From NCBI GenBank assembly GCA_964563085.1, contig CAZLVS010000011.1, forward strand, positions 8,328-72,327: a stretch of 64,000 nt of DNA, given 5' to 3'. How positions within the stretch are numbered: position 1 is the stretch's first letter; each line of letters starts with the position of its first letter. Positions 53,433-64,000 of the stretch are shown piece after piece. The notes under the pieces are model-generated. The model searched no databases and had not been told where the DNA came from. It was given only the letters and a program-made list of their open reading frames with translations. This stretch comes from an uncultured Ignavibacteria bacterium (GTDB taxonomy: Bacteria; Zixibacteria; MSB-5A5; UM-FILTER-46-8). The position numbers and the translations under genes were made by a program.

Positions 53433-56400
53433 ATGAAACGTTATCCAGCGCCTGCAATTTTGATTTTGTTGGCAATCCTCTTGCTGAGTCTGAATTCGAC
53501 AGGATTCGCGATGCAAGCAGACACAAAAGGGGAAGCGCTTTACGAGCTGAAAGTCAATTACCCCGGAGTTTCTACTTATCAATCCGGTAAACGAATTACC
53601 AGCTTATGGGGCATAACTTTCGGCTACGGCGCCAATCCGCAGGCAACCGCAGAGAACTTCCGGATGAATTATTCCGAAATCTTCGGTGTGGCACCGGCAG
53701 ATTTGAAACCCCACAGTCTCCTTCCCGACCAACGTCATACTCAACCCGTGATGTACAATCGGGAGAATGATTCTTATAAATTCACCCTGGTTTATTACAG
53801 CCAGTATAAAGAGGATATTCCGGTATTCCGTTCCGAACTCAGATTGCTGGTTCGCAACGAAGCCAATTATCCTTTGACGCTGGCGCGTTCGGCTTTGAAA
53901 GACTTAAAGGACTTCCGGGTTCCCTCCGGAGCAACCTTAAACAAAGGCTTAGCCGAAACAGCCGCGAAATCTTTCAATCCCAATCTGGATTACTTCGAAG
54001 AACCTCGTTTGGTTATCTGGGCTGGCGCCAACGAGGAAGCTGCTGAACCGAGATTAGCAATGGAAATTATCGGCGACAACAATAGGCCTGCTACTGACGA
54101 TTATGAAAAGTGGTTACTATTGGTCGATGCTTTAACCGGTGAGATACTGTATTCCGAAGATATGATTCTTAACGTTGATGTCGATGGCAACGTTAGCGGC
54201 AGAGCCACAGACAATTTCGCCGCAGAGATCTGCGACGATGAGGTCTCCTTCGGCATGCCTTATTCCCGTGTTTACATTCAGGGCGGAAATACTTCTTATG
54301 CCGATGAGTTCGGTGATTTCACCATACCGTTCGGTGGATCAGCGCCGGTGGATGTTTACTCCCATTTGCGCGGCTCCTGGTTCCGTGTGTATAACGAAGC
54401 CGGCGCCGAAGCGGAACTGGACACCACCGTAACCCCTCCGGGTCCGGCGAATTTCCTGCACAATTCATCCAATAGCAATGAATATGTGAGGGCGCAGGTT
54501 AACGGATACCTGCACGCCAACGTCGTTAGGGATTTTACACTGACTTATAATCCCTCCTACCCGGGTTTACAGCAAACCGAGTTTCCGGTAAATGTCAACA
54601 TCAACAGCAGTTGTAACGCTTATTACGATTATCAATCCATCAACTTCTACCGCTCCGGCGGCGGATGCCCGAATACAGCGTTTGGAACCGTGGTTCACCA
54701 CGAATACGGTCACCATTTGGTTGCCATGGCTGGAAGCGGCCAGGGGCAGTACGGCGAGGGTATGAGCGATTGCATGGGTGTAATGATTACCGATGATCCC
54801 GGTCTCGCTTACGGTTTCCTCGGAAACTGTAATGAACCGCTAAGGAACGCCGACAACAATAAGCAATATCCCTGCAGCGGCGGAATACATGACTGCGGAC
54901 AGCTCCTTTCCGGATGCGTTTGGGATACGCGCAACGCCTTAATGGCAAACTATCCCAACACCTACATGGATATTCTGGCTAATTTGGCGGTTAACGCTGT
55001 CTTACTGCACACAGGGGATCTGATCACTCCACAGATTACTATAGATTACCTGACCCTGGATGATGATAACGGTAATATCTATGACGGAACTCCTCATTAT
55101 AATGAGATCTGTTCCGGCTTCGGCGCTCATAATATGGATTGCCCCGATCTGCAATTGATCGCCTTCGATTATCCCAACGGTCTGCCGGAACTGTTTGATC
55201 CGGATGGCGGAACCACGATTCGCGTGGAAGTTTCAGGCATTACCGGTTCACCGGAGCCCGGCACCGGAATCATGTATTACAATGATGGCGGCGGATGGGA
55301 ACAGCAGCCGATGGATGTTGTATCTCCGAATGTTTACGACGCTGTCTTCCCGCCGTTTGAGTGCGGGCTGGTGATCGAATATTACTTCAGCGCAGAAACC
55401 ACCGACGGTTTCGTAGCTTATGATCCCTCGGGCGCTCCCGGAACCACTTACTCGGGTGTAGCCGCTCATGGTATGATCACGGTGTTCGAAGACGATTTCT
55501 CGACTGACCAGGGCTGGACAGGTTTGGGTGGTCAGGGCGAATGGACAATTGGACCTTGTATGGGCGGTAATGGCGACGACTATTACGGCGGTCCCGATCC
55601 TTCCGAAGACCATTCACCGACTTCGGATAACAGGGCGCTCGGTAACGACATGACAGCCGGCGATGGTGATTATGAAAACTACCTCGGAACCACTTACTGG
55701 GTAACCTCTCCCAATATCGATTGCTCCGGCGTCTATGCATTGCAGTTGAGCTTCTGGCGGTGGCTCGGAGTAGAACGGGATTGGTACGATGAAGCCTACT
55801 TCCAGGCATACAACGGTTCTTCCTGGATCACTCTTTGGGAAAATGGCAGCGAGACTATCGACGAAGCTTCATGGAGCGAGCAGAATTACGACCTCACAGG
55901 AATCGCCGACGACAATCCCAACTTCAAGATCAGATTCGGAATAGGGCCCACTGATGGTTCCTGGCAGTACTGCGGGTGGAATATCGATGATGTGCAAATC
56001 GTGGCTTATACCTGCGAACCGTCTGCAGATATCACTGTGGATATGATACCGGATAATCCTCCGATCGAAGTTCAGCCGGGCGGATATTTCACCTATACCG
56101 GAATACTGACCAATAACACTGCTCAACCTCAGAGCTCCGATGTTTGGGTGATGTTGGATGTGCCGGGTTATGGCAGTTACGGACCGGTTCAGCAGTTCAA
56201 CAATGTGCCTCTGGGGCCGAACCAAACCTTAAGTTATGAAGGCGCGCGGCAGAATATACCGGGATTCGCACCGTTGGGCGAGTATGATTATATCGCTTAC
56301 TGCGGCGACTATCCCAATTCGCCGGTCGATTCGGCATCCTTCACATTCACCGTTGTTCAGGGCATCGGCGGAGACGCTGACGGATGGATTTTGAACGGCT

Positions 56401-56693
56401 GGTTCAATGATGATATCGAAACTCTGCCTTCAAGGACCGAACTATTGGGCAACTTCCCGAATCCGTTTAATCCGACCACAACCTTCAGCTATGCCTTAGC
56501 TGATGAATCCAATGTGTCTCTGGAAGTCTACAATCTGATGGGACGTAAGGTAGCGACGGTATTTGAAGGTCATCAGGAAGCCGGTTACAGGACAGTTCAG
56601 TGGAATGCAGGAGATTATTCCTCAGGCGTCTACTTCTACAAGCTGACCGTTGATGACCAGGTATTTACCAAGCGTATGACCTTGTTGAAGTAA
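53433..56693 (+). CDS. Secreted thermolysin/fungalysin-like (M4/M36-type gluzincin) zinc metalloprotease, 1086 aa, with a T9SS C-terminal sorting domain
   Basis: Signal peptide. 'VVHHEYGHH' HExxH plus downstream 'GEGMSDCMG' (the E..SD third-ligand motif of M4/M36). Pre-CTD domain shared with 60199..61848 and 63103..64000. CTD 'NFPNPFNPTTTFSYAL...GVYFYKLTVDDQVFTKRMTLLK'. Confidence 0.8.
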   Translation: MKRYPAPAILILLAILLLSLNSTGFAMQADTKGEALYELKVNYPGVSTYQSGKRITSLWGITFGYGANPQATAENFRMNYSEIFGVAPADLKPHSLLPDQRHTQPVMYNRENDSYKFTLVYYSQYKEDIPVFRSELRLLVRNEANYPLTLARSALKDLKDFRVPSGATLNKGLAETAAKSFNPNLDYFEEPRLVIWAGANEEAAEPRLAMEIIGDNNRPATDDYEKWLLLVDALTGEILYSEDMILNVDVDGNVSGRATDNFAAEICDDEVSFGMPYSRVYIQGGNTSYADEFGDFTIPFGGSAPVDVYSHLRGSWFRVYNEAGAEAELDTTVTPPGPANFLHNSSNSNEYVRAQVNGYLHANVVRDFTLTYNPSYPGLQQTEFPVNVNINSSCNAYYDYQSINFYRSGGGCPNTAFGTVVHHEYGHHLVAMAGSGQGQYGEGMSDCMGVMITDDPGLAYGFLGNCNEPLRNADNNKQYPCSGGIHDCGQLLSGCVWDTRNALMANYPNTYMDILANLAVNAVLLHTGDLITPQITIDYLTLDDDNGNIYDGTPHYNEICSGFGAHNMDCPDLQLIAFDYPNGLPELFDPDGGTTIRVEVSGITGSPEPGTGIMYYNDGGGWEQQPMDVVSPNVYDAVFPPFECGLVIEYYFSAETTDGFVAYDPSGAPGTTYSGVAAHGMITVFEDDFSTDQGWTGLGGQGEWTIGPCMGGNGDDYYGGPDPSEDHSPTSDNRALGNDMTAGDGDYENYLGTTYWVTSPNIDCSGVYALQLSFWRWLGVERDWYDEAYFQAYNGSSWITLWENGSETIDEASWSEQNYDLTGIADDNPNFKIRFGIGPTDGSWQYCGWNIDDVQIVAYTCEPSADITVDMIPDNPPIEVQPGGYFTYTGILTNNTAQPQSSDVWVMLDVPGYGSYGPVQQFNNVPLGPNQTLSYEGARQNIPGFAPLGEYDYIAYCGDYPNSPVDSASFTFTVVQGIGGDADGWILNGWFNDDIETLPSRTELLGNFPNPFNPTTTFSYALADESNVSLEVYNLMGRKVATVFEGHQEAGYRTVQWNAGDYSSGVYFYKLTVDDQVFTKRMTLLK

Positions 56694-56728
56694 AAAGTAG
56701 CCATTCAACCGGAGTATTAACCTTTGCA

Positions 56729-56760
56729 GGGGCGAGTTTTGCACTCGCCCCTTTTTTTTA
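56729..56760 (+). terminator. Intrinsic terminator of the metalloprotease gene
   Basis: 9-bp stem ggggcgagt/actcgcccc, loop tttgc, followed by T8. Confidence 0.75.
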
Positions 56761-56999
56761 TGGTCTAATCCGGATAATTGATAAAGACCATTAATCCGTA
56801 GTCAAAGGTTTGTCCATCTCATGGAGGTTTCAACGCCTCCGGCGTGGACAAAAGTCTTGCACAAATATTACCGAACAGGAATGTCCGGTCTACCGGTGGT
56901 TGTAATCATTGTTCCGCCATCGGGTGTCCTCATCCAACACCCATGTCTCGATTGCATCGGGACAAAACGAGCCGCAGGTCGGGTTCTGAGCGAGCGTAG

Positions 57000-57135
57000 C
57001 GAGCGAAAAACTGACATAGCGGTATTTTTGTGCGGCGTCAAACGTCTTCGTTTAACGCCTTCGGTCAGACAAGGAAGTCTGACCGCACGCAAATGAGATG
57101 CATCAATCCATGAGTCAACCGTCAGGGCGCATGAT
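57000..57135 (+). repeat. Copy C of the tandem-hairpin intergenic element (core 57034..57085). It is followed at 57195..57234 by hairpin aaggctg/cagcctt plus T6 on the + strand.
   Basis: 'gagcgaaaaactgacatagcggtatttttgtgcggcgtcaaacg-tctt-cgtttaacgcc-ttcgg-tcagac-aaggaa-gtctgaccgcac'. The second hairpin is a perfect 9 bp. Confidence 0.5.
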
Positions 57136-57254
57136 AATTCAGTTAGCCTGGAGCCATAAATCCGGGGAGTTTGATGTCAAAATCCACCAATCAATCAAAA
57201 GGCTGCCCGAGATTGGACAGCCTTTTTTCTAATAGTTATTAATTATCGTAGGAA

Positions 57255-58898
<1,644 letters not shown>

Positions 58899-58915
58899 TT
58901 ATCTCCTCCCCAAAA

Positions 58916-59203
58916 CTATTCTATGATTGCTAAAATGTCAGATTCGCGCATTATCAGGTATTCGGTATCATCAACTGTCACTTCAGTACCGGAATACTTA
59001 CCATATAACACCTTGTTACCGGATTTCACCTGCATTTCCACTAATTTACCATCGTCGGAAACCCGACCAGGACCTACCGCCACGATTTCACCTTCCTGAG
59101 GTCTTTCTTTGGCGGTGTCGGGAATGATAATTGATCCCTTTTTAGTTTCTTTTTCCTCCAAAGGTCTGATTAATACCCTATCAGCAAGAGGTTTTACGTT
59201 CAT
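58916..59203 (-). CDS. groS: Co-chaperonin GroES. The start is taken at the ATG preceded by AGGAGGA rather than the longer ORF-track start.
   Basis: '[33 protein letters not shown]...'. Confidence 0.9.
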   Translation of the reverse strand: MNVKPLADRVLIRPLEEKETKKGSIIIPDTAKERPQEGEIVAVGPGRVSDDGKLVEMQVKSGNKVLYGKYSGTEVTVDDTEYLIMRESDILAIIE

Positions 59204-59271
59204 ACCTTCCTCCTTATTTGGTTTATATGTATTTGTTAAGTTACTATTAATCAATAGATTATCAAATCCTG

Positions 59272-59298
59272 TTAGCACTCGCCCGGGTGGAGTGCTAA
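59272..59298. promoter_or_regulatory. CIRCE operator (HrcA binding site) upstream of groES
   Basis: Perfect TTAGCACTC-N9-GAGTGCTAA inverted repeat, 69 nt upstream of the groES start. Confidence 0.88.
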
Positions 59299-59399
59299 CA
59301 TTTGAACGCAGAAATTAATCGCGAGTTCCACTTTTGTCAAGAAATTTTTTGATTTTTTGCATTTTAAAGCGTTTAATAGATATCAAACGGAGGAAGCTT

Positions 59400-59912
59400 A
59401 TGAAATACGGACAGACAGTATTATATATTGGCATATTGATAGCGGTTTGTATGCTTGCCAGTTCATGTTGTATATTGGGCGGCGTATGTAAAACATCGAA
59501 AACTGACATTAGCGGCTTCGATACGGGATCAGAGATTCTCCGAGCTTTGGATGTACGAATATTAAGCCGTTCAATGGGTTATGCGCTGGGATCGCCGTTT
59601 GACATGAAGATGCGCGTTACTAACAAGTCCGATGATGAGATCATTTTGGAATTTCCCGAAGGTTATGTTTTCGATTTCTACATTTTTCAAAAAAATGAGT
59701 TAGTGTATCGCTATTCGGAGGATGAGCGGTATCCCACCGGCTTGAGGGAATTTAAGCTTGCGCCGGGTGAATCCAAGGACTTCGGAGGAATCTGGCTCTG
59801 CAAAGACAACAACGGCGTCTGGGTACGGGGAGGACGCTATGAGATGATAGGGATCATTAACACCGACCCACCGGTTTTGTCTAATATCCTGCAATTCGGA
59901 TTGACAGATTAA
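59400..59912 (+). CDS. Lipoprotein with a BsuPI-like (intracellular proteinase inhibitor, Ig-like) domain
   Basis: Lipobox-like 'CMLASSCC'. 'LEFPEGYVFDFYIFQKNELVYRYSEDERYPTGLREFKLAPGESKDFGGIW' matches the BsuPI pattern (beta-sandwich with a conserved W). GGAGG RBS. Adjacent to a secreted metzincin. Confidence 0.5.
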   Translation: MKYGQTVLYIGILIAVCMLASSCCILGGVCKTSKTDISGFDTGSEILRALDVRILSRSMGYALGSPFDMKMRVTNKSDDEIILEFPEGYVFDFYIFQKNELVYRYSEDERYPTGLREFKLAPGESKDFGGIWLCKDNNGVWVRGGRYEMIGIINTDPPVLSNILQFGLTD

Positions 59913-60198
59913 GAAATATATCAAGCCTAAACGAGCATGACTCCCTTCCCGGGAGGTTCTTCGGGTTTTTCGCTTACTGCATTCGCTCAGAACCGACTTA
60001 CGTGCGGTTGTCGGGTAATTGCGCCTGACGGTGCTTTCACGCGGCAGACAAGTTTTTCTGCTTCGGGCGGTTTTACGCGCCTGCGACGTGGACATATATC
60101 TTTTTTCGGATGCAAGGGCAGCCTGGCCAAGGCTGCGCCTTGACCATGCTGCCCTCGTAAATTCACTCGTCTAACGATTGAAGACGATCGACCAGGGA

Positions 60199-61848
60199 CT
60201 ATTTTAGTAAATGCATCCTCTTAGCCATAATCTGGTCGCCAGCCTGGAGCCGGTAGAAATAGACGCCGCTGGAGTGGTGAGAAGCATCCCAGGAAACAGT
60301 ATGCTGTCCTGCCGCAAGCCCGCCATTCACCAGAGTCGCGACCTTCTGCCCTAACAGGTTATGAATCTCAAGCTTTACGTTTTTGGCTTCGGACAGATTG
60401 AAAGTGATATTCGTTTGGGCGTTAAACGGATTGGGATAATTGCCCAAAAGTTCGAATTCCGCAGGGTTGCCCTTAACCGAATTCCATCCGCCTTCCACAT
60501 TCCACAAGTTACCGGAACTCTCTGACCTGTCACGTCCGGCAGCAACTGTAAATTGGAAGGAATCGGCAACATATATATTATCGGGGTAGTCACCGGCATT
60601 TGAGATATAATCGTAGGCTCCGGTTGGCGCAAAATTAGGCACGCTTTGATTAAGGTGCGCATTTATGCTCTGCCCCGAGTTAAGATATATATCCTGAAAA
60701 GTCCGCAACGGTCCATATTCGCCGTAGCCGGGAACATTCAGCATTAGCCAAACATCGGTCGTGACCGGATCGACTCCGGCATTGGTAAGGAATCCGGTTA
60801 ATCCGAATTGACCTCCCGGCGGTACTTCGATCGGATAATCATCAGGGATCATCGATATTTCAATATCCGGTGAAGATTCCTCGAACCAGCTCGATAAAAC
60901 CTCATAAGTCCAGCACTGTATACGCCCCCATTGCTGCGGTGTTAAGTCAGTCCAGCACGGACTTCCACCCAGAGTGCCGTAACTCATGTAGTTTTCGGGA
61001 GAAGTGTCACCCCAGGGGACTCCGCAGCAAGGATCGGTCCCGCCCGGATCGTAGCAGTAGTAATTGATAGGCGTTGGCGGCGTATCCGAACAGAGGTCGC
61101 CGGTGATGTCGGCATCCTGACCGTCCGCCTGCTCCCAGCACTCCCCGCACTGCGGTACTTCGCTTACACCATGGTGAGTATGCCACAAGCCTATCGTATG
61201 CCCGATTTCATGGACCAAAACATTGTCATGGAAAGGAGTGGGATAAACATGCCCTTCGCTCAGTACAACACCGCCCTGGTCGGAAAGAGGAAGACGGTAA
61301 TCATCCCATGGGAACGTACCGAAAGATCCGCCAGTAGTTCCGGTAATGTATATATTCATTTGCGATTCGGGATTGAGGGCATAAACTCGCTTCATCGCTT
61401 CCGCATCCGCATAATAACGGAATCGGGTAGAATTCACGAATCTGTAATCATAGACGAATTGAATTCTAACCTGTAGGTATTCCTCGTTAAGATGGTTTAC
61501 CATATCTTCCAGCGTAGCTTCATCGGTAGCGCAATTGCTTCCGTTGTCCTCGCAGAAGATGTGAAAATAAAGGCGAATATAAGCAATCGGATCATCGGGA
61601 TCAGGTATTGCCGCATCGCGATTCTCCGGCTCGTCACACGGTCCGTTGTAGCAATCATGATATAGCATACCATATTTCTCTATTTGTCCCTTTTTGTAGA
61701 TTTCCCAGGTTTCACAGAAACCATCCACATCCGCCAATGCGGTTGAAGAAGCGAGGGATATAGCGAAAAGCAGGAACGCTGCGAATGATATCCTCACTGC
61801 ATTAGTTGAGATTGTAGTCATCTCTTTTGGGTTGCGCTTCATGTTCAT
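60199..61848 (-). CDS. Secreted metzincin (M43/pappalysin-ulilysin-like) zinc metalloprotease with a T9SS C-terminal sorting domain
   Basis: Signal peptide. 'HEIGHTIGLWHTHH' (HExxHxxGxxH). Cys-rich region. Shared pre-CTD domain. CTD 'NYPNPFNAQTNITFNL...GVYFYRLQAGDQIMAKRMHLLK'. Confidence 0.8.
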   Translation of the reverse strand: MNMKRNPKEMTTISTNAVRISFAAFLLFAISLASSTALADVDGFCETWEIYKKGQIEKYGMLYHDCYNGPCDEPENRDAAIPDPDDPIAYIRLYFHIFCEDNGSNCATDEATLEDMVNHLNEEYLQVRIQFVYDYRFVNSTRFRYYADAEAMKRVYALNPESQMNIYITGTTGGSFGTFPWDDYRLPLSDQGGVVLSEGHVYPTPFHDNVLVHEIGHTIGLWHTHHGVSEVPQCGECWEQADGQDADITGDLCSDTPPTPINYYCYDPGGTDPCCGVPWGDTSPENYMSYGTLGGSPCWTDLTPQQWGRIQCWTYEVLSSWFEESSPDIEISMIPDDYPIEVPPGGQFGLTGFLTNAGVDPVTTDVWLMLNVPGYGEYGPLRTFQDIYLNSGQSINAHLNQSVPNFAPTGAYDYISNAGDYPDNIYVADSFQFTVAAGRDRSESSGNLWNVEGGWNSVKGNPAEFELLGNYPNPFNAQTNITFNLSEAKNVKLEIHNLLGQKVATLVNGGLAAGQHTVSWDASHHSSGVYFYRLQAGDQIMAKRMHLLK

Positions 61849-62679
61849 TCCTCCGGAATTGGGTTTAATTCAGGCTGTTATAAAATTTCCTTGTTAGTAG
61901 ATTTTGAGATGCCTTTTTCTATTTCACCTGGAAGCATAGCTGATATTTATGAACTTCCCATAATCCCGGGTGTACTGCGATAGCGATATGAGAGTTCACC
62001 AAGTGTTCGTTTTAATGTTAACTTAAACCGTAGGGCATAAACTACGGTTCCATCTTTCAACTTAGAAAGCTGATATCCAAGGACGATGCCCGGGAGCATT
62101 GGAAACGATACTCTGGTTCATTAAAACACTAAAATACAATATAATTAAAAAGGGCAAAAATCCAACTAATTTAATGATCAATCTTATTGAATCAAATACC
62201 GAAGGGATTAGAACTACCTCTTATTCCGAACTTAAAGATCGCATGCTCTGCAGCGTTGTATCAGCCTCAGAAGCTAAGATACTGCGGGACTATATCTTGA
62301 ATTTGATGCTCACTTACCGGAGTAGCGGCTAAGCAATCCTTCCGATGCTGTTATACGGTCTGTTTATCTTTACAATAAATTAGGGTCATTTATCGATTAA
62401 CTGTAGGGGATAACGCGCTAAGTATTAACAGATTACAAGAATATTACAGCTAATCTCTTTGCGTAGAATTATATACGCATTCAATAGTTTTTTTACTCGT
62501 ATTGACAAAACTTAACTCTATCGTATATACGCTTATCAAATTGACAGAAATCACCGACTGAGTAATCATAATAATCTGTTAGATGTCAGGTGTAAATGTC
62601 ACTATTTGATAAAAACTCAGACCCTGTTTGAATTGAAAAGAAAAGATTGAAGTGATGAAATTAGCTGTGGAGGATTAAA

Positions 62680-62982
62680 ATGAACTCAAAAAACAAAAAA
62701 ATAACCGGTTCGGTTTTGAAAGTCGGGGTAATCGCATTGTTTGTGGCTATAATTGCCTGGTTTGGACTATCTATTGGACACCGGGACAGATCGCACACGG
62801 ACCGGACGCAAAACCCGGTAGTGATACTAACCCTGGAAGATGATCCCAATTGTCCCTACGACTATGAACCATGCCGTTATTTCAGCGGCGATGAATACTT
62901 GAGCGTGGAAGTTGGAGATACAATCTACAGCCCGCAGGGATATGCTCACGTCGTCATGGAAAAGACCGTGCTCTATGAATAG
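62680..62982 (+). CDS. Small hypothetical membrane-anchored protein (100 aa)
   Basis: GGAGG RBS, N-terminal TM 'VGVIALFVAIIAWFGL', followed by a terminator. Confidence 0.45.
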   Translation: MNSKNKKITGSVLKVGVIALFVAIIAWFGLSIGHRDRSHTDRTQNPVVILTLEDDPNCPYDYEPCRYFSGDEYLSVEVGDTIYSPQGYAHVVMEKTVLYE

Positions 62983-63050
62983 TTCGTAACTCGCATCTGA
63001 TGAGCGCTTTGGGGATTATCAGCATTTCTTTACAGACTGCCTTTAAATGA

Positions 63051-63083
63051 AACTGCCGGAGATTAAACCCCGGCAGTTTTTTT
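63051..63083. terminator. Bidirectional intrinsic terminator between 62680..62982 and the T9SS gene
   Basis: 9-bp stem aactgccgg/ccggcagtt followed by T7 on the + strand. On the - strand it is preceded by an A-run. Confidence 0.65.
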
Positions 63084-63102
63084 CTATCCCGAACTGCTAA
63101 TA

Positions 63103-64000
63103 CTATTTCAGCAATGTCATCCGTTTAGTGAGAGCTTCGTCTCCTGCGGTTAATTTGTAGAAGTAGATACCGGATGACTGACTTGAAGCATCCCAAATTA
63201 CACTATGCAGACCGGCATCCATGTAACCCTCAACCAATGTTGCCACTTTCTGTCCCATGATGTTATAAACTTCAATGGCAACGTCACCGGCTTTCGGCAA
63301 CTCGTAGGTTATGGTTGTGGTGGCGTTAAACGGATTAGGGAAGCTGCCAATTAAAGCATATTTGCTGGGAATCTCAGCGGAATCAAATCCGCCCTCAAGA
63401 ATCCATCCATCAGCGCCATCAGCGGTTCGAGCGCCGCTAACAGTGAACGGGAAGCAGAAGGAATCATCCTTCACGCTCGGGCGATCACCGCAATAGCAGC
63501 AGTACTGATACTCTCCCTGAGGAGCGTAACCGGGCACATTTTGCCGCATATGTGCGCTTATGTGCTGTCCCGGATTAAGGGGACGATTGGGAAAACTAAA
63601 CTGCTGATAGAAATTTCCGAATCCCCATACGCCGCCCCAGATATCGGTAACAATGGTCTCGTTACACGGATTTTCGATATGTCCGGTTACGCCGAATCTA
63701 CCGCCAGGCGGCACAATAACCGGGTCCTCGTCAGGAACCATCCAGATATTGCAAACGCATTCGCCGGCATCGGCGTATAACCGGAATTCATGGTATGCAT
63801 CCGATTCCGTATCGAAAACGAAGTAATTAAAGAACTCCTGTTCGACCATATACTGGATTGAGAACCGCATATCATACTCGGTAAAAGCCTCGATTCCAGG
63901 ACCGGTGGAATACCACCTTACACCGCCAAGAGGGCGAGGATTACCGCGAGGATCATAATAGACGAATTCAGAATACCACGGTCCCGTTCCCGTGGGAGCG
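63103..64000 (-). CDS. T9SS-CTD secreted protein, 5'-truncated at the window edge. The frame is open to position 64000; the ORF-track M at 63870 is internal.
   Basis: Shares the approximately 100-aa pre-CTD domain ('MVPDEDPVIVPPGGRFGVTG...CFPFTV') with the two metalloproteases. CTD 'SFPNPFNATTTITYEL...GIYFYKLTAGDEALTKRMTLLK'. Confidence 0.7.
   Translation of the reverse strand, partial: APTGTGPWYSEFVYYDPRGNPRPLGGVRWYSTGPGIEAFTEYDMRFSIQYMVEQEFFNYFVFDTESDAYHEFRLYADAGECVCNIWMVPDEDPVIVPPGGRFGVTGHIENPCNETIVTDIWGGVWGFGNFYQQFSFPNRPLNPGQHISAHMRQNVPGYAPQGEYQYCCYCGDRPSVKDDSFCFPFTVSGARTADGADGWILEGGFDSAEIPSKYALIGSFPNPFNATTTITYELPKAGDVAIEVYNIMGQKVATLVEGYMDAGLHSVIWDASSQSSGIYFYKLTAGDEALTKRMTLLK

Noticed and set aside
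59937-60180. GC-rich segment with 68-aa (+) and 131-aa (-) ORFs between the BsuPI-like gene and the metzincin gene
   Set aside because: No RBS, and Arg/Ala/Gly-rich low-complexity translations. The segment contains nested hairpins (gcaagggcagc..gctgccct; caaggc/gccttg) and is more likely a convergent terminator or structured spacer. It has no sequence similarity to the three-copy repeat.
62099-62332. 77-aa ORF in the AT-rich region upstream of 62680
   Set aside because: No RBS, AT-rich low-complexity, and it lies in a probable promoter region (two TTGACA-like boxes at about 62503 and 62541).

Overview
This 64-kb window looks like a largely syntenic, housekeeping-rich chromosomal segment from a bacterium of the FCB superphylum. 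The lineage assignment rests on four predicted secreted proteins that carry type-A T9SS C-terminal sorting domains. About 45% GC, by eye rather than by count. Recognisable cores include rpsF-rpsR-yybS-rplI plus pth; hisS-aspS; phoH-pgpH-ybeY-corC; tilS-hpt-ftsH-folE-folP-cdaA-obg-dprA; ptsH-ptsI; a sugar-nucleotide module followed by metK-ahcY; a tRNA-Ser(GGA); and groES-groEL with a perfect CIRCE operator. The accessory content is where the interest lies. (1) An approximately 100-150 nt tandem-hairpin intergenic element occurs three times in the same orientation. Two copies flank a T9SS-secreted C1 peptidase gene and the third follows a T9SS metalloprotease gene, where it runs into an intrinsic terminator. 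This is a candidate sRNA or REP-like repeat family. (2) A HesB/IscA-like ORF carries an in-frame TGA exactly at the conserved first cysteine, which makes it a candidate selenoprotein. (3) A compact lower mevalonate-pathway operon encodes the class II HMG-CoA reductase fused to mevalonate kinase in one 768-aa polypeptide. (4) A KamA-family radical-SAM aminomutase homolog has an approximately 200-aa N-terminal extension and lacks the usual C-terminal Cys cluster. (5) A three-gene operon of unknown function encodes a MutL/GlmL-like ASKHA protein, a small Cys-rich protein and a protein with a lipoyl-like hybrid-barrel N-terminus. (6) A cluster of T9SS protease cargos, of which two zinc proteases and a third N-terminally unknown protein share a roughly 100-aa pre-CTD domain, sits beside a BsuPI-like lipoprotein inhibitor. 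No CRISPR array, rRNA gene or obvious transposase was seen.
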